From an uncultured delta proteobacterium (GTDB lineage: Bacteria > Desulfobacterota > Binatia > Bin18), in NCBI GenBank assembly GCA_963733195.1, contig CAVTCR010000012.1, positions 41,529-105,528 on the forward strand: a stretch of 64,000 nt of DNA. Reading direction: 5' to 3'. A model generated the notes under the pieces. It saw only the letters and a program-made list of their open reading frames with translations. It was not told the origin of the DNA and made no database searches. Shown piece after piece: positions 52,059 through 63,658 of the stretch. A program made the position numbers and the translations under genes. The number at the start of each line of letters is the position of its first letter. Within the stretch, counting starts at the first letter, position 1.

Positions 52059-52502
52059 AGCTCCAGAGCTCGTCTACTTCGGCTTCCAGCCGATGCAGGA
52101 GCACTCTTTGGGTGTCTGATGCCGGCTGGACATAGAGATGATCCGGAGCTGCGGGAAAACGTTCAACCATGAACTGCAGGAGCCAGCGGAGCCCTACCCC
52201 TATCACGCGGCAGATCCCACGCAGTGAGATGCGCTCCAGCAACAGTCGTTCAATCACCGCCCGCTGCTCCTCCGTGATGACATGATTTTCTGGAACAAGG
52301 ACAAAGGCACGTCCACAGGTTTTGCACTTGTGGTTTTGTTTCTCCGTGTGAATGCGGCCATTCCTCTTATACTGTCTCGATCCACATTGGGGACATACCT
52401 CTCTTTTGATCATAGTGCTCCCTCTGACCTCCCTCTAGCAGTTCACGGTTCTGGCCAAGGGTAGCACGAATACTATGAGAGCCTTACCCGGATAGCACTA
52501 CC
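52059..52502 (-). mobile_element. IS1-family remnant truncated by IS6
   Basis: CPQCGS...KNHKCKTCGR-type Zn finger (QNHKCKTCG), ERISLRGICR, EAEVDELWS cut at the IS6 end; GGTAGTG end at 52502. Confidence 0.8.
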
Positions 52503-53021
52503 ATCTGGTGGATGTCTATCTGAGTGAGAAGCGCGACCGGCTGGCCGCCGAGGCATTCTTTCGGTCGGCTCGGACCGTCACAGAGAGAATACCGGACCGC
52601 GTGACCACCGATGGACACAACTCTTATCCCGGAGCCATCAAAGCTGAACTGGGTGGCACAGTCACTCACCGCACGACCCGCTACTTAAATAATCATCTGG
52701 AGCAAGATCATCGAGGGATCAAGCAACGGACTCACTCGATGTGTGGATTCAAGAGTTTCACATCGGCTGAGCGGTTCTGTCGGGTCTATGACGAGGTGCG
52801 CCGTTTCTTTCGTCCACGATCCCTGCGAACGAAGCGGTATCATTGGCTTGGCAACGGACCTTGCATCTGGGCCGGATGCGAGTTCTCTTGGCGACGTTAA
52901 CACTTGCCTAAGGAGCCGCTCAGAAGAGAGAGATTGTCCTGTCCACGACTTGGAAGGTTATTGTCACCTATTAAGCAGCCGACCAACGGTAAGCCTTTAA
53001 AATCAAGGCCTTAGCAGAACC
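52503..53021 (+). mobile_element. IS6-family 3' fragment
   Basis: DVYLSEKRD..AAEAFF, TTDGH, YLNNHLEQDHRGIK; end motif gcagaacc at 53014-53021. Confidence 0.8.
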
Positions 53022-53124
53022 AGACCACGAGCGGACGCTTGGGATTTTGCTAAAAACTCAGACACTTACTGCTAACCTTCCAAGTCGTGCCTGTCCCGCA
53101 TCGTTGGCCTGAAAGTTGACAGAA

Positions 53125-53370
53125 CCAAGCATTTAGCTTCCTGGGCGGGGATGTGTCCGGGGAACAAAGAGAGTGGCGGCAAGCGCCTCAGTGGCAAAAC
53201 TCGCAAGGGCAATGCGTGGCTGCGCCAAGTGTTGATTGAGGTGGCCCATGTGGCAAGCCGAACTAAAGCCACCTACTTGGTCGCCCAATACCGGCGGATT
53301 GCGGCCCGCCGGGGGGAAGAAGCGCCACTAGTAGCCCTCGGGCATACGATCCTAGTAAGTATCTCTGAGA
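53125..53370 (+). mobile_element. IS110-family transposase C-terminal fragment
   Basis: HLASWAGMCPGNKESGGKR..GKTRKGNAWLR...YRRIAARRG. Confidence 0.8.
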
Positions 53371-54332
53371 TTACGCAGCCTGGGCAAACTCCTGTAGGGC
53401 CAAAGGATTTTGCGGAATGGATTGGAAAAATAACGACTGTCGGAACGCATAGATCGTTTGTCCGTGCGCAAAGGCCGTCTGTTGCGTTAACACCAGCGCA
53501 TACAATCCTAAGTGTAAATGGGCCCACTGCGCTTGGTGTTTTTGGCACGAACAACTGCCCCAGCCAAACTCTTGCTTCAGCAAACGAAACGTCTCTTCAA
53601 TCTGTTGCCGATGGGAGTAATGCGCTTTGACTTCACGTACCGTGAGGGTCAGGTCGTTCGTCCCCCAGTAGCGGCGGCCGTCTTTGACCACCAACACTGG
53701 ATGGTCGACGCCCCGTAATTCTCCCTGCGCATGCCCATAGCGATGCGGCCATGTCGTCCGGAGAGACTGGCTCACCAAACTTGCGGTTACTCTTGAGCCG
53801 CATCACATAGTGCCAGCCCCAGCCATCGAGCAGATTCATGATCTCGGCCGCCGCATACCAGCTATCACACAGGACATACGCGGGCTGCAGCCCACGCCGC
53901 CGCGCTTGGCGGAGCAACCCGATCGCTAACTCCACTTTCGACGGTCCACCCTTTGCGCCAGATCCGAATCCCCAGCGGCACCTTCCACTTCCCATTCGTC
54001 CATAACAACAGGACCACTTGCATTCCCCACACCGGCTTGCCCACACTACTCGACCACACCCAACTCACCGCTTCAGCGACACGGGTGAACCGCTCCCAAC
54101 TGGTGTCATCAATCACCAGATAGCCGCCCATCTGCACGAGCCCTTGCGCGAAAGATTCCCATAGCCGTCGGGACCAGGGGACCTTCTGATAGAGGACACG
54201 CCGCAAGGTATCGTGCGACACCTGGGCGCACAGGAGCGCTAAACTCACACAACTCGTCCGTGTGTTGCGATACAGTAAGCCCATCAGGTACATTGCCATT
54301 GCAGGGGTTATTACAGTGCTGATGTTGTCCAT
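53371..54332 (-). mobile_element. IS701/IS4-like DDE transposase (frameshifted)
   Basis: YLVIDDT, VLCDSWY, LKSNR, Y..RQQIEETFRLLKQ. Confidence 0.8.
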
Positions 54333-54409
54333 AACACCAACATTTTATTGCGCTTTTTAACTCCTGCGTAATCCCAGTATCTATTACATCTTCGACCCGT
54401 CGCATACCG

Positions 54410-55260
54410 GGTAGTGTTACTCTTTGGTATTTCTCCGATTTTATACATTCGCCCTAAACTCAAAGCGGTTGATGAACAGGCCAATGACGAGATCGTGCAT
54501 CTGCGTGGACCTCGAGAAACAAATCGTCTTGCGGACTAAGCGCTTGAGCCGCGTGCGCAGCGTCAAATGTTTGCGTTCCAACTGCTGCGTGTGGTGTTTC
54601 CCTACTTCATGATAATTGGGGTCCAAATGTTGCTTATACGCTCCCTAGCCATCGGTGTAAAAGCGCGTAATCCCAAAAGGTACGAGCAGCGCTTTGAGCT
54701 CCAGAAACGCGTGATCTTCCCGCTGCCCAAACACGTAGGCTAAGATTTCTCCGGTGCGATGATCCAACGCATGCCACAGCCACCGTGAGGCCTGCTTCTT
54801 GCCCACAAAGGACCACATCTCATCTGACTTCTGCTGCCTCTACCCGTGTCAACAGCACGTCTGTGTCCGCGGAAGCAAGGGTGTCCAACGCTGCTTTGTT
54901 GACCGGCGCTAATGCCGCCTCTTTTTTTTAACACCTTTAGGACGGTCACGGGGTTGACCCGGAGTACGCGCGCCGTGTCGCGAATGCCGCTGCCGTTGAG
55001 CGCCATCTCGATAATCTGCTGCTTGGTTTCCGGCAGGTGGCCGTGCGCAACATACGCCAGTTGAAAAATCGTCCGCGTGCAGGCGGGATTCTGACAGCGA
55101 TAGCGCTGAGTCCCACCGGACTGTTTACCGGCTTTGACGACACTATTGCTCCGACAGGCAGGACAGGACACCGCGATCATAGCCATACATCAATTTCCCA
55201 CCCACTAATCGTTTAGTCGGAATTATACTACCCTAAGAAATACTAAAGTGTAACACTACC
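54410..55260 (-). mobile_element. Complete-length IS1-family element (InsA/InsB with A-run slip site)
   Basis: 25-bp terminal IRs ggtagtgttactctttggtatttct / agaaatactaaagtgtaacactacc (23/25); InsA Zn finger + NGSGIRDTARVL; A8 run at ~54922-54929; InsB TDG and ERKHLTLRTR; no TSD seen. Confidence 0.9.
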
Positions 55261-55267
55261 CTCTTGG

Positions 55268-58200
55268 CTAATGGCGCTCCGCAAACTGCTTTACCGATGC
55301 AGGTTGTCTGTTCGTTGTATTGCCCATACGGGGAGGACTTTCTTCCATGCCCATATTAATGTTCAACTCTGCGAGCAGCGCCTTCGCGTGCTGCAAATCT
55401 CCCGTAGTAAATCCTTCTGTAAACCAGGCATACGTTTCCTTCAGGAGCCACCGGGCTTCGGTGTATTCACCCTGACGGAGCCAGAGGCGTCCCAAGCTCA
55501 TAGCCGCTCGCAGCTCTAACATCATGGCGCGCTGGAGACGAGCGATCTCGAGGGCTCGGTGAAAGCACGCCGCTGCCTCCACATAGACGTTCATTGGCTG
55601 CCGAGTGTCTTTTGCCTGTTGACTGAGCACTTCTCCCTTGAGCCGATAAAGTTCGGCTTCCCACCAACAGTCCGCAGTTTTGTGCGCGAGCGCTAACGCC
55701 TCGGCCACCACATGCAGTCCCTGGTTTATTTGTCCTGCTCTCGCATACGTTTCGGCCAACAAAGCAAGATAATAAGGTGATGAGATTTCGGCTCCTATTG
55801 TGCGCCAGGACGCGATCCCTTTTCGTATCTCGGTGATTCCTTCCTCTCGTTGTCCCTGTTCAGCAATGGCCCAGCCCCGCAGGATGGTCCCCATTGCTGT
55901 CCAAATTGGAAAGCCCTGCTCATCCGCAAGTTTGATCGCCGCCTCCGCCCGCGCTTGGCAGGCGTGCGCTTCTCCACGTACCTGATGAAGGCCAGCGGCA
56001 AAACTCAAGGCGTACGCTAAGCTATGCGGATGAGACACTTCCTCTGCAAGGGCAAGAGCTTCCTGATTCTTGATGAGCGCTTGGTCTGGATACCCTAAAA
56101 ACCACAGGGTGGATGCCGCACGGGAAAGGCAGGATACCCCGGGATCTTGTCCATAGAGCACAGCATGGGAGCGATGCTTCTGAAAATCATAGAGACGAAG
56201 CCCGTGTTCAAAATGGCTGAGGGCTACGCCAAACTCTCCCAAGCTGAAGCATGTCCCGCCTATTTCCTGATACGCCTCCAGAAGAAGATCTTCATTGTGC
56301 TGACGTTGAGCGAACTGCAGGGATTGTTCGCCAAGGTCACGCGCCGTTAGTAACTCCGCGCGCACATAATAGAATGCAGCGAGCCCTCGCAGCACCGGGA
56401 CAAGTTGAGATGTTTCGCCCGCTTGCTGGCACAGCTGGCGTGCGTAGTCAAAAGCGGCTTTCGCCTCCGGAGAGGCGTATCCTTTCGTTGCCAAGAGCGA
56501 TACGCCAAGATGAATCTGCAACATAAGCTCATACTGCACGCGCTCGGGTGTTGCTGGCAGGATTTTCACCACTTCGAGCGCTCTTGTGAGATAATGCAGC
56601 GCTTCACGATACGCACAACGCTGGCTGGTCTGCTCAATCGCCTGGCACAAATATTGAAATGCTTGCGGATAATCTCCACCCCGATCAAAATGAACAGTCA
56701 GTTCCGCAATAATTTCTTGGCTACGTCCACCATACCCTTGCTCTAAGCGCTCACCAATGAAGCGATGCAACTGCGCTCGTTTTCCAGCCGTTAGCTGCCT
56801 ATACAGGACTTCATGGTACAGAGCGTGAATGAAGCTATACCGTGTCGTAATGGTTCCATCCGGCCATTCCTGCGCTCCTTTCATCTGAATAAATTGGTGA
56901 TGCCGTACCAACTCGGTACAGCGTTCTTCAATCTGCACAGCGTCCTTCTCCAGGGCGGCAGCGACAGCGGCAGCCACAAATTCCCTGCCGGTGACGCTGC
57001 CGGCTTCAAGAATATGGCGATCTTCAGGATGGAGTTTCCAGACTTGGTGTTCAATCAGTTGGCGGAGAGTATCGGGCAGGCGGATCGCCTCAGCTCCGCT
57101 TCGTAGCTCCTTGAATCCCTCTACCGTCTCGCCCAATTCACAGCGCGCCAACGCGCTGACGACATTAATCATAAACAGCGCGTTCCCGTCCGTATACTGA
57201 TGGATCAACCTCGCTAGTCCTGCAGGGACGGGAGAGTCTGGAAATCGCAAGGCAAGATACGTCGCAACGTCACTCTCAGTTAACAATTTGACTGGCAATT
57301 CTTTACAGAGTTGATGCGCCTGCAACTCCTGGTGAATACCTATGAGGGGATGTTCACTAGTGATACCGGTTGGGCGATACGTCCCAACGATCATGAGGCG
57401 CAGTTGTTTTCGCCGCCGAGCCAGATAGGCAATCAGCTCCAACGTCGAGTAATCACTCCATTGTAAATCTTGGAGCGTCAAGATCAGCAGGCGTTCTGCG
57501 GTCACGGCTTCTAGGGCTTCCGCGATTTCACGCAACATGCGCTGCCGCGTCACTCCGTGCACCTGCTGCTGCAAGTGTGCAAGCTCCGTCTCTTCTAGTA
57601 ACGAAGGCATCTGGACTACCCAGCTTGGGGCGCACCGCCTGAGAATGGCCATGAGACGCGCGCTTCCCGGCTCTTGGCAGAGGCGTCCCAACGCTTCCAA
57701 GATAGGAAGATACGCTTCACCTTCTCCATACTGTTCTAAGCATTGTCCATAGGCAATGTTAACACGGTCGTCTGCTTGTAGAGAAGTAAGAAACAGATCG
57801 ACAAGGGTTGTCTTCCCTATTCCCGCCTCCCCCGTCAAAAACACACACTGGCATATGCCTCGGTTGGCCTCCGCCAGCCATTGGTATAGCAGGGCAACGT
57901 CCTGCGCCCGACCAACAATCGGCCCGTCCTGAGGATGAGCGTCAACAAAAGACGCAGCGGTTGGTTTCCTATCCGTGCGCCCCACGAATCGATAGCCTTG
58001 CTGGCCCACGGTCTCGATGTAATGGGGTGTCGCAACTGTATCCCCCAAGGCTTGCCGGATCTCCCGAATACACACCTTCAGCGCCGTCTTCGTGACATAG
58101 GTCCCCGCCCAGACTCGTTTGAGGAGATCCTCTTTCGGCATCACGTCTCCCGCATGCTCCAGTAACGTTTGCAACACGGCTACCGCCATTGGGCGTAACC

Positions 58201-58285
58201 GTATCTCTTGCTCACCCTTCCATAGACGTTTGTTCACGGTATCCAATTGGAAGGGATCAAAGACAATGCGCCTCGCCTCCATCAT
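55268..58285 (-). CDS. OmpR-type wHTH-AAA ATPase-TPR transcriptional regulator (intact)
   Basis: FDPFQLD, IREIRQALGD..PHYIETV..GYRF, GEAGIGKT, TDGNALF, YAWFTEGFTTGDL; RBS agaggag before ATG 58285. Confidence 0.9.
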   Translation of the reverse strand: MMEARRIVFDPFQLDTVNKRLWKGEQEIRLRPMAVAVLQTLLEHAGDVMPKEDLLKRVWAGTYVTKTALKVCIREIRQALGDTVATPHYIETVGQQGYRFVGRTDRKPTAASFVDAHPQDGPIVGRAQDVALLYQWLAEANRGICQCVFLTGEAGIGKTTLVDLFLTSLQADDRVNIAYGQCLEQYGEGEAYLPILEALGRLCQEPGSARLMAILRRCAPSWVVQMPSLLEETELAHLQQQVHGVTRQRMLREIAEALEAVTAERLLILTLQDLQWSDYSTLELIAYLARRRKQLRLMIVGTYRPTGITSEHPLIGIHQELQAHQLCKELPVKLLTESDVATYLALRFPDSPVPAGLARLIHQYTDGNALFMINVVSALARCELGETVEGFKELRSGAEAIRLPDTLRQLIEHQVWKLHPEDRHILEAGSVTGREFVAAAVAAALEKDAVQIEERCTELVRHHQFIQMKGAQEWPDGTITTRYSFIHALYHEVLYRQLTAGKRAQLHRFIGERLEQGYGGRSQEIIAELTVHFDRGGDYPQAFQYLCQAIEQTSQRCAYREALHYLTRALEVVKILPATPERVQYELMLQIHLGVSLLATKGYASPEAKAAFDYARQLCQQAGETSQLVPVLRGLAAFYYVRAELLTARDLGEQSLQFAQRQHNEDLLLEAYQEIGGTCFSLGEFGVALSHFEHGLRLYDFQKHRSHAVLYGQDPGVSCLSRAASTLWFLGYPDQALIKNQEALALAEEVSHPHSLAYALSFAAGLHQVRGEAHACQARAEAAIKLADEQGFPIWTAMGTILRGWAIAEQGQREEGITEIRKGIASWRTIGAEISSPYYLALLAETYARAGQINQGLHVVAEALALAHKTADCWWEAELYRLKGEVLSQQAKDTRQPMNVYVEAAACFHRALEIARLQRAMMLELRAAMSLGRLWLRQGEYTEARWLLKETYAWFTEGFTTGDLQHAKALLAELNINMGMEESPPRMGNTTNRQPASVKQFAERH

Positions 58286-58536
58286 TCGTACTCCTCTATT
58301 GTAGAGCGTTTCGGAAAACTCTTCTCTACGAAAATTTGACCAGTCCGAACCAGAATCAGAACCGTTCGCCACTGTATCCGAACCTCTGCCTTCAGTAGAT
58401 TGTCGTACCAAGCGAGATAGCTGCCGTTCTCCTGTAGATTTCAAGACACGCAGTATCGGCTTGCCCTCTCGCTTTATTATCCTGAGTTTGGCAGAGGCGA
58501 AAGAGGCAGAACTCTCACATGAAGGAGGAACACACC

Positions 58537-58884
58537 ATGGAAGAACGTCTAACGTACACCACGCCTAGCATCGGCTATGCAGGTGAGAAGGAACTTCAAC
58601 TTGTCACACGAACAACGGTAGCAAGCGCCGAGGGGTATATGATCCGTCTTCTGCAATTAGGAGTAATGGAAGGCGCGCTGGGAGAGATGGAGATTAGTCC
58701 GATACTGAAGCCCTTGTTGGAAGCTATGCATCACGTGCTGACAGGAGGGGAGGTTGAAATCAAACTCGGTGCGACAGGGAATGTACTGTTAGTCCAAGAA
58801 CTCGAGCGGCGGCTCGAAGAAGCGGTGCATGACTTCAATATTGTCAACCAACATAGCAATCATCCCATTTTGCCGCGCACGTAA
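58537..58884 (+). CDS. Hypothetical 115-aa protein
   Basis: Strong RBS aaggagg; clean ORF divergent from the regulator; no family recognised. Confidence 0.7.
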   Translation: MEERLTYTTPSIGYAGEKELQLVTRTTVASAEGYMIRLLQLGVMEGALGEMEISPILKPLLEAMHHVLTGGEVEIKLGATGNVLLVQELERRLEEAVHDFNIVNQHSNHPILPRT

Positions 58885-58956
58885 GCATCGCGCAAACACA
58901 CCTAATCCAAGGAGGGCCGTCATGCAGGAGGACCTTCCTTCGTGGAGGACAGGCTT

Positions 58957-59835
58957 ATGAGTGCAGGGGCAATTTTTCAAGAAGCCTTACGTACGCTGAA
59001 TCGGTATTCTTTTCCTGAGGTGAGTGGCCGCGACCTGTTAGCGGCCCTCGAGGCCGGTCGTCCGGGACCGCTCGCTTTCCTCTACGATGCTGGCGTAGAA
59101 GCAAAGCTGCCACGGCATACGTTGCTCAGGCGCGCAGCGGCGATCTATCTCGGCTTCTGCGCCGTTAATTTATGTGATGATCTTACGGATGCCGAGTGTA
59201 CGTACCTTTCCGACCCGTTCCACAGCGGACCCTGTACCCAAGCCATTTTGCACCACGTCTTCTTTGCGCTGCTTGCCGAGGAACGCTTTCCGAGCGCTGT
59301 GCTCACGGCCATTGTGCACGATCTCATCGCAGCAGGCGGAGCCCAGCACACCGAAATGCATACGCGCCAGTGGAGTGCGTCGGTGTTCCGTGAGGTCGCG
59401 GCGGGCATCGCCGGGCGTCCCTGGTCTGCCTATTTGCGCATCTTATGGCATGGCACGGCGTTCGCTAACCGAGCCGCAGTGATTGGCATGCACGTGGGAC
59501 AGGCGACGTTGCTGTGGGAGGATATTGGCTCCGGCGATGCGCGGTACGCCACGCTCCCAACCGCAGAGAAGCACGAGATTGTGACTTGGGCGACGACGAT
59601 CATAGACGCGCTCCGGAAAGAGAATCTTCGGTGCTTGAAGACAACGTTACAGGTCATCAGTACTATGCTCACACGAGAGCAAGAGAACCTTACGGATATA
59701 CGCCGCTCTCCTGAAGACACGCAGACCACAATGTGCGTTTCTCTGTCGGGGCTGATGAGTCATCGTCCGATGCAGCCCCTTGGCGGAGAAGGAGGGTCGG
59801 ACGATGACGCCCGCTCCGAAACACTAACGCCATAA
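58957..59835 (+). CDS. Class I isoprenoid-synthase-fold (DDxxD) prenyltransferase-like protein
   Basis: Helical pattern; AAAIYLGFCAVNLCDDLTD (first Asp-rich motif), GAQH.E, degenerate second motif WEDIGSGD; RBS ggagg. Confidence 0.6.
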   Translation: MSAGAIFQEALRTLNRYSFPEVSGRDLLAALEAGRPGPLAFLYDAGVEAKLPRHTLLRRAAAIYLGFCAVNLCDDLTDAECTYLSDPFHSGPCTQAILHHVFFALLAEERFPSAVLTAIVHDLIAAGGAQHTEMHTRQWSASVFREVAAGIAGRPWSAYLRILWHGTAFANRAAVIGMHVGQATLLWEDIGSGDARYATLPTAEKHEIVTWATTIIDALRKENLRCLKTTLQVISTMLTREQENLTDIRRSPEDTQTTMCVSLSGLMSHRPMQPLGGEGGSDDDARSETLTP

Positions 59836-59945
59836 GAACAAAAAGTGAGAAACAGGAAAAACTGTGGTCTCTCGGATGGGTATAGAGGTCAAGCATTTCT
59901 CGTCGTCGGTCATCCTAAAAAAAGGAACGGGGCTCCCTAGTAAAC

Positions 59946-61054
59946 ATGACTCGAGAACGTAGTAGCATGCGGAAACGGAAAAAACGAGCAGCACGACCAG
60001 CAGTGCAAGCGGAGGAACGAAAGCACTGGTCGTTCTTCGATCATGCAGCAGAGGGCTTTTTTCGCTGTATGCCCACTGGACGCTTCATCGAGATGAACCC
60101 CGCCTTGGTTCGCTTGTTAGGGTACGAGTCAGTTGAGGAGGTGCTGGCGCTTACGCTGCCAGAAGATCTCTATCTTCATGCAGCACAGTATGCCGACCTT
60201 GGGGCGCACTTTGCAGCGGCAGAAAGAATCAAGGGGAAAGAGTTACACTGGAAAAAAAAGGCCGGCGGCTCGGTATTCGTGAGCCTCCACGCTTGGGCGG
60301 TCCACGATGCGCGACAGCGGGTGATTGCCTATAAGGCATCGTGATGGATATTACGGCGCGCAAGCAATCGGATTTTTTAGCGACCATCTCCCATGAGCTG
60401 CTTACCCCGCTACACATCGTGCTGGGCTACGCAGACTGTCTCTTGGAAGGCGACTTCGGCGGACTGACGGTCAAGCAGCGCAAGGCGCTTCACGCCATTG
60501 ACTACAGCGCCCGTGAACTGTTGGAGCTTATTGTGGCGCTGCTTGAGGCAAGCCAGCTAGCGACGATGAAACAACCGGTAGAGCAAAGAGAAGTCAACAT
60601 CGTTGAACTTATCGCGGACGTGCAACAAGACACCACAGAAAGGTCGAAGAGATCCGGGCTTTCTGTGATATGGCGGGTGTCGCCGACGTTGCCATCCCTG
60701 TACACGGATCGGATCAAGCTGAAGATTATCCTCAAAAATCTGTTGAGCAACGCCATAAAATTTACGCCCGAGGGAACGATCACCGTGGAAGTCTTTCCAC
60801 ACGAAGAAGGAGTGGCGTTCCGGGTCTCTGATACGGGGGTTGGCATTGCGCCGGAGGTGTTGCCCGTGATCTTTGAACTGTTCCGTCAAGGTGACAGCTC
60901 GGCGACGCGACGTTATGGAGGAACAGGGTTAGGGCTCTATATCGTGCGGCAAATGCTAGAAGTACTCGGCGGCACAATAGCCGTGGACAGTGAAAGAGGG
61001 CGCGGCTCGACCTTTCGGGTGTGGCTGCCCATCAAGGCTCTCCCTCAAAAATAG
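59946..61054 (+). CDS. PAS-domain histidine kinase (frameshift ~60335)
   Basis: NPALVRLLGYES PAS; SHELLTPL, NLLSNAIKFT, DTGVGI, GGTGLGL. Confidence 0.85.
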
Positions 61055-61276
61055 CGGCTTCTCTCGGCTGTGCCGCAAGACAATGGAGTGGCTCTCTGAC
61101 GACACAACCCTTTTTCCTCATTCGTTGTGAACCGAGGTTCATGAGTCACTGTCGCAAAGTTGATAATAACAGTCTGTTATCCACAATTAGTGGTATTTTT
61201 CTCGCTCAAGCGTTTCAATATATGGTATAGGCCGTTTCCACTTTGGGTCCAGAGCACAGCAAAGGACGACACGTTC

Positions 61277-63642
61277 ATGCGAAAGCCTAGCGGTGCGTCT
61301 CAAATTGAAAGTTTAGCCGCCCTGCCGGGCGAACCGTCCGGCTTGCCCCACCTTACTTCCTCCGCGGCATCTCACCGGGTCCAGCAGATCGAAGCTGAGA
61401 GGGTCAAACTTCTCTACACCCAGGCTCCTATAGGGTTTGTCGTTACTGTGCTGAACGCAGGGGTAGTCGTTTTCATTCTCTGGGGGAGCGTAGCAAGATC
61501 TCTTCTGATCGCTTGGCTTGTGTTGATCGTAACGATTACTCTATTACGCTTCGCATTAGTGCAGCGGTATAGGCGTGCGGCCGCTACGGCGGACCAGGTC
61601 CGCTCCTGGCGGACCTTATTTATTCTTGGAGCCGGCGCTGCTGGCGTGGCCTGGGGAGCGGTCGGTCTGCTCTTGTTCCTCCCTGAGCTCATGGCCCATC
61701 AAGTCTTTTTGGCGTTTGTTCTAGGCGGCATGGCCGCGGGGGCTGTGGGACTGTTGTCTTCGGTCAGGACCGCTTTTCTCGCTTTTTTTATCCCCACGGT
61801 GCTGCCCATCATCATACGGTTTTTCGTCCAGGGCGGTACTGTTCCCGTCGCCATGGGGGTCCTAGGCTTATTTTTCGCCGGAGCGCTCCTGGCAATCGCG
61901 CGCAACTTTCATGCCTCGATCGTTGAGTCTCTTAACCTCCGCTTTGAAAATTATGAGCTGATTCGGAGCCTGTCGGTCGCCAAAGAGCAGGCCGAAGCCG
62001 CCATGCATGTCGCGCATCAAAGCGAGCAACGGTACCGGGCTGTGGTGGAAGAGCAGACCGACTTAATTTGCCGGTTTCTGCCAGATACGACATTGACCTT
62101 CGTAAATAGCGCCTACAGTCGCTACTTCGGGAAACAGGATGAGGAACTCCTCGGCAAGAGCTTCTTATCGCTTATTCCCGAAGCAGAGCAGCAAGTCGTG
62201 GCAGCCCACATCGCCTCCCTCCTGGAGCACCCACAGATCATGTTGCACGAGCGCGCCACCGTTAGTAAAGAGGGGGAACGCCGCTGGCAACAGTGGGCGG
62301 ATCGCGCCATCGTCGCCGACACTGGTCGCGTTGTGGAATTTCAGTCCGTCGGGCGCGATATTACGGAGCGCAAGCGGGCAGAGGAAGCAGTGCGGCGCAG
62401 CGAGGAATATTTCCGCGCCCTTACCGAGAACGCGTTGGACATCATCACGATTGTCAGTAGCGATGGAACGGTACGCTATGTCAGTCCCTCTGCTGAGCGG
62501 GTCCTCGGATACACACGGCAAGACGCAATCGGCACGAACGGCTTCGGGCTTGTTCACCCAGACGACTTACCCGGACTTATGACTACCTTTGCCGAGGCGC
62601 TCCAAAAGCCGGGGGTCGCGCTATATCGAAGCGAATACCGACTTCGGCATCAAGACGGCTCGTGGCGGATATTTGAAAGTATAGGCAAAAACCTGCTCGA
62701 TAATCCGGCTGTGGAAGGGATCGTGGTTAATGCCCGTGACATCACCACGCGCAAGCAAGCGGAGGAGGCGCTGCGTCAAGCCTACCAGGAATTAGAGAGA
62801 CGCGTGGAGGAACGCACGGCTGAGCTGTCAACAGCCAATGCGCTGTTAAGACAGGAGATCGCCGAGCGCCAGCGGGCGGAGGAAGAATTGCTCAAGGCCA
62901 AAGAGGCGGCGGAGGCGGCGAACCGGGCTAAGAGTGAGTTCCTGTCCACCATGTCTCACGAGCTACGCACGCCCCTTAGCGTCATCCTCGGGTACGGCAG
63001 TCTCCTGGTAGAGGGGATGTTAGGGAGCCTGAGCGAAGAGCAGGGCCACGTCTCTACGACGGATAAACAACAGCGCAAGGGAGTTACTCGACCTCATTAC
63101 CGCCATTCTGGATGTGAGCCGTCTTGAGGCGGGACGACTGCCGATGGAGATACGAATGGTGGAGGTTCCCGCGCTACTAGAGGAGATCAAAGCTGAGACC
63201 GAGGCAGAGCGAGAACGGGTAGACCTCATCTACACCTGGACGATGCAGGGCGATCTGCCGCCCCTGTATACCGACCCAGGCAAGCTCAAGATAGTGCTGA
63301 AGAATCTCATTAGGAATGCGGTAAAATTCACCGAAGAGGGGAGTGTCACTGTAGAGGCGCAGGGCCTCTGCGGAGGCATAGAGGTTAGAGTCATTGACAC
63401 AGGGATCGGAATTCCTGCGGAGGCCTTAGAGCTTATTTTCGAGCCATTTCGTCAGGTCGGCACTACCTCATCGGGAGAGGAGGGGGATAGGACTCGGGCT
63501 GCATATTGTGAAGCGACTGCTGGCCTTATTGGGCGGTACGATTAGGGTAGAGAGCAAGCTGGGTGCTGGCTCGACGTTTCGCGTGTGGGTGCCGAGAGAG
63601 CACTCCATTTCCCTCAATGTTCCTTCCGACGCAGCGCTCTGA
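61277..63642 (+). CDS. Membrane-bound PAS-PAS histidine kinase (frameshifts ~63050, ~63490)
   Basis: About 6 N-terminal TMs, two PAS/PAC domains, [32 protein letters not shown]. Confidence 0.85.
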
Positions 63643-63658
63643 CTGAGCAGGGCGGTGG

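Noticed and set aside
54915-54935. A8 slippery run as a novel recoding site
   Set aside because: Programmed -1 frameshifting between insA and insB is standard IS1 biology
1162-62582. Many antisense or overlapping ORFs of 60-215 aa in the ORF track
   Set aside because: They are shadows of recognised genes in GC-rich DNA, with no motifs or RBS
8746-63642. Numerous frameshifts (bfr, nasA, ubiE, ATP-grasp, STAND genes, GNAT, kinases) as pseudogenisation or programmed frameshifting
   Set aside because: Single-base indels, often at short homopolymers, in otherwise well-conserved genes throughout the window; best explained as long-read consensus errors. Polishing or short reads would decide.
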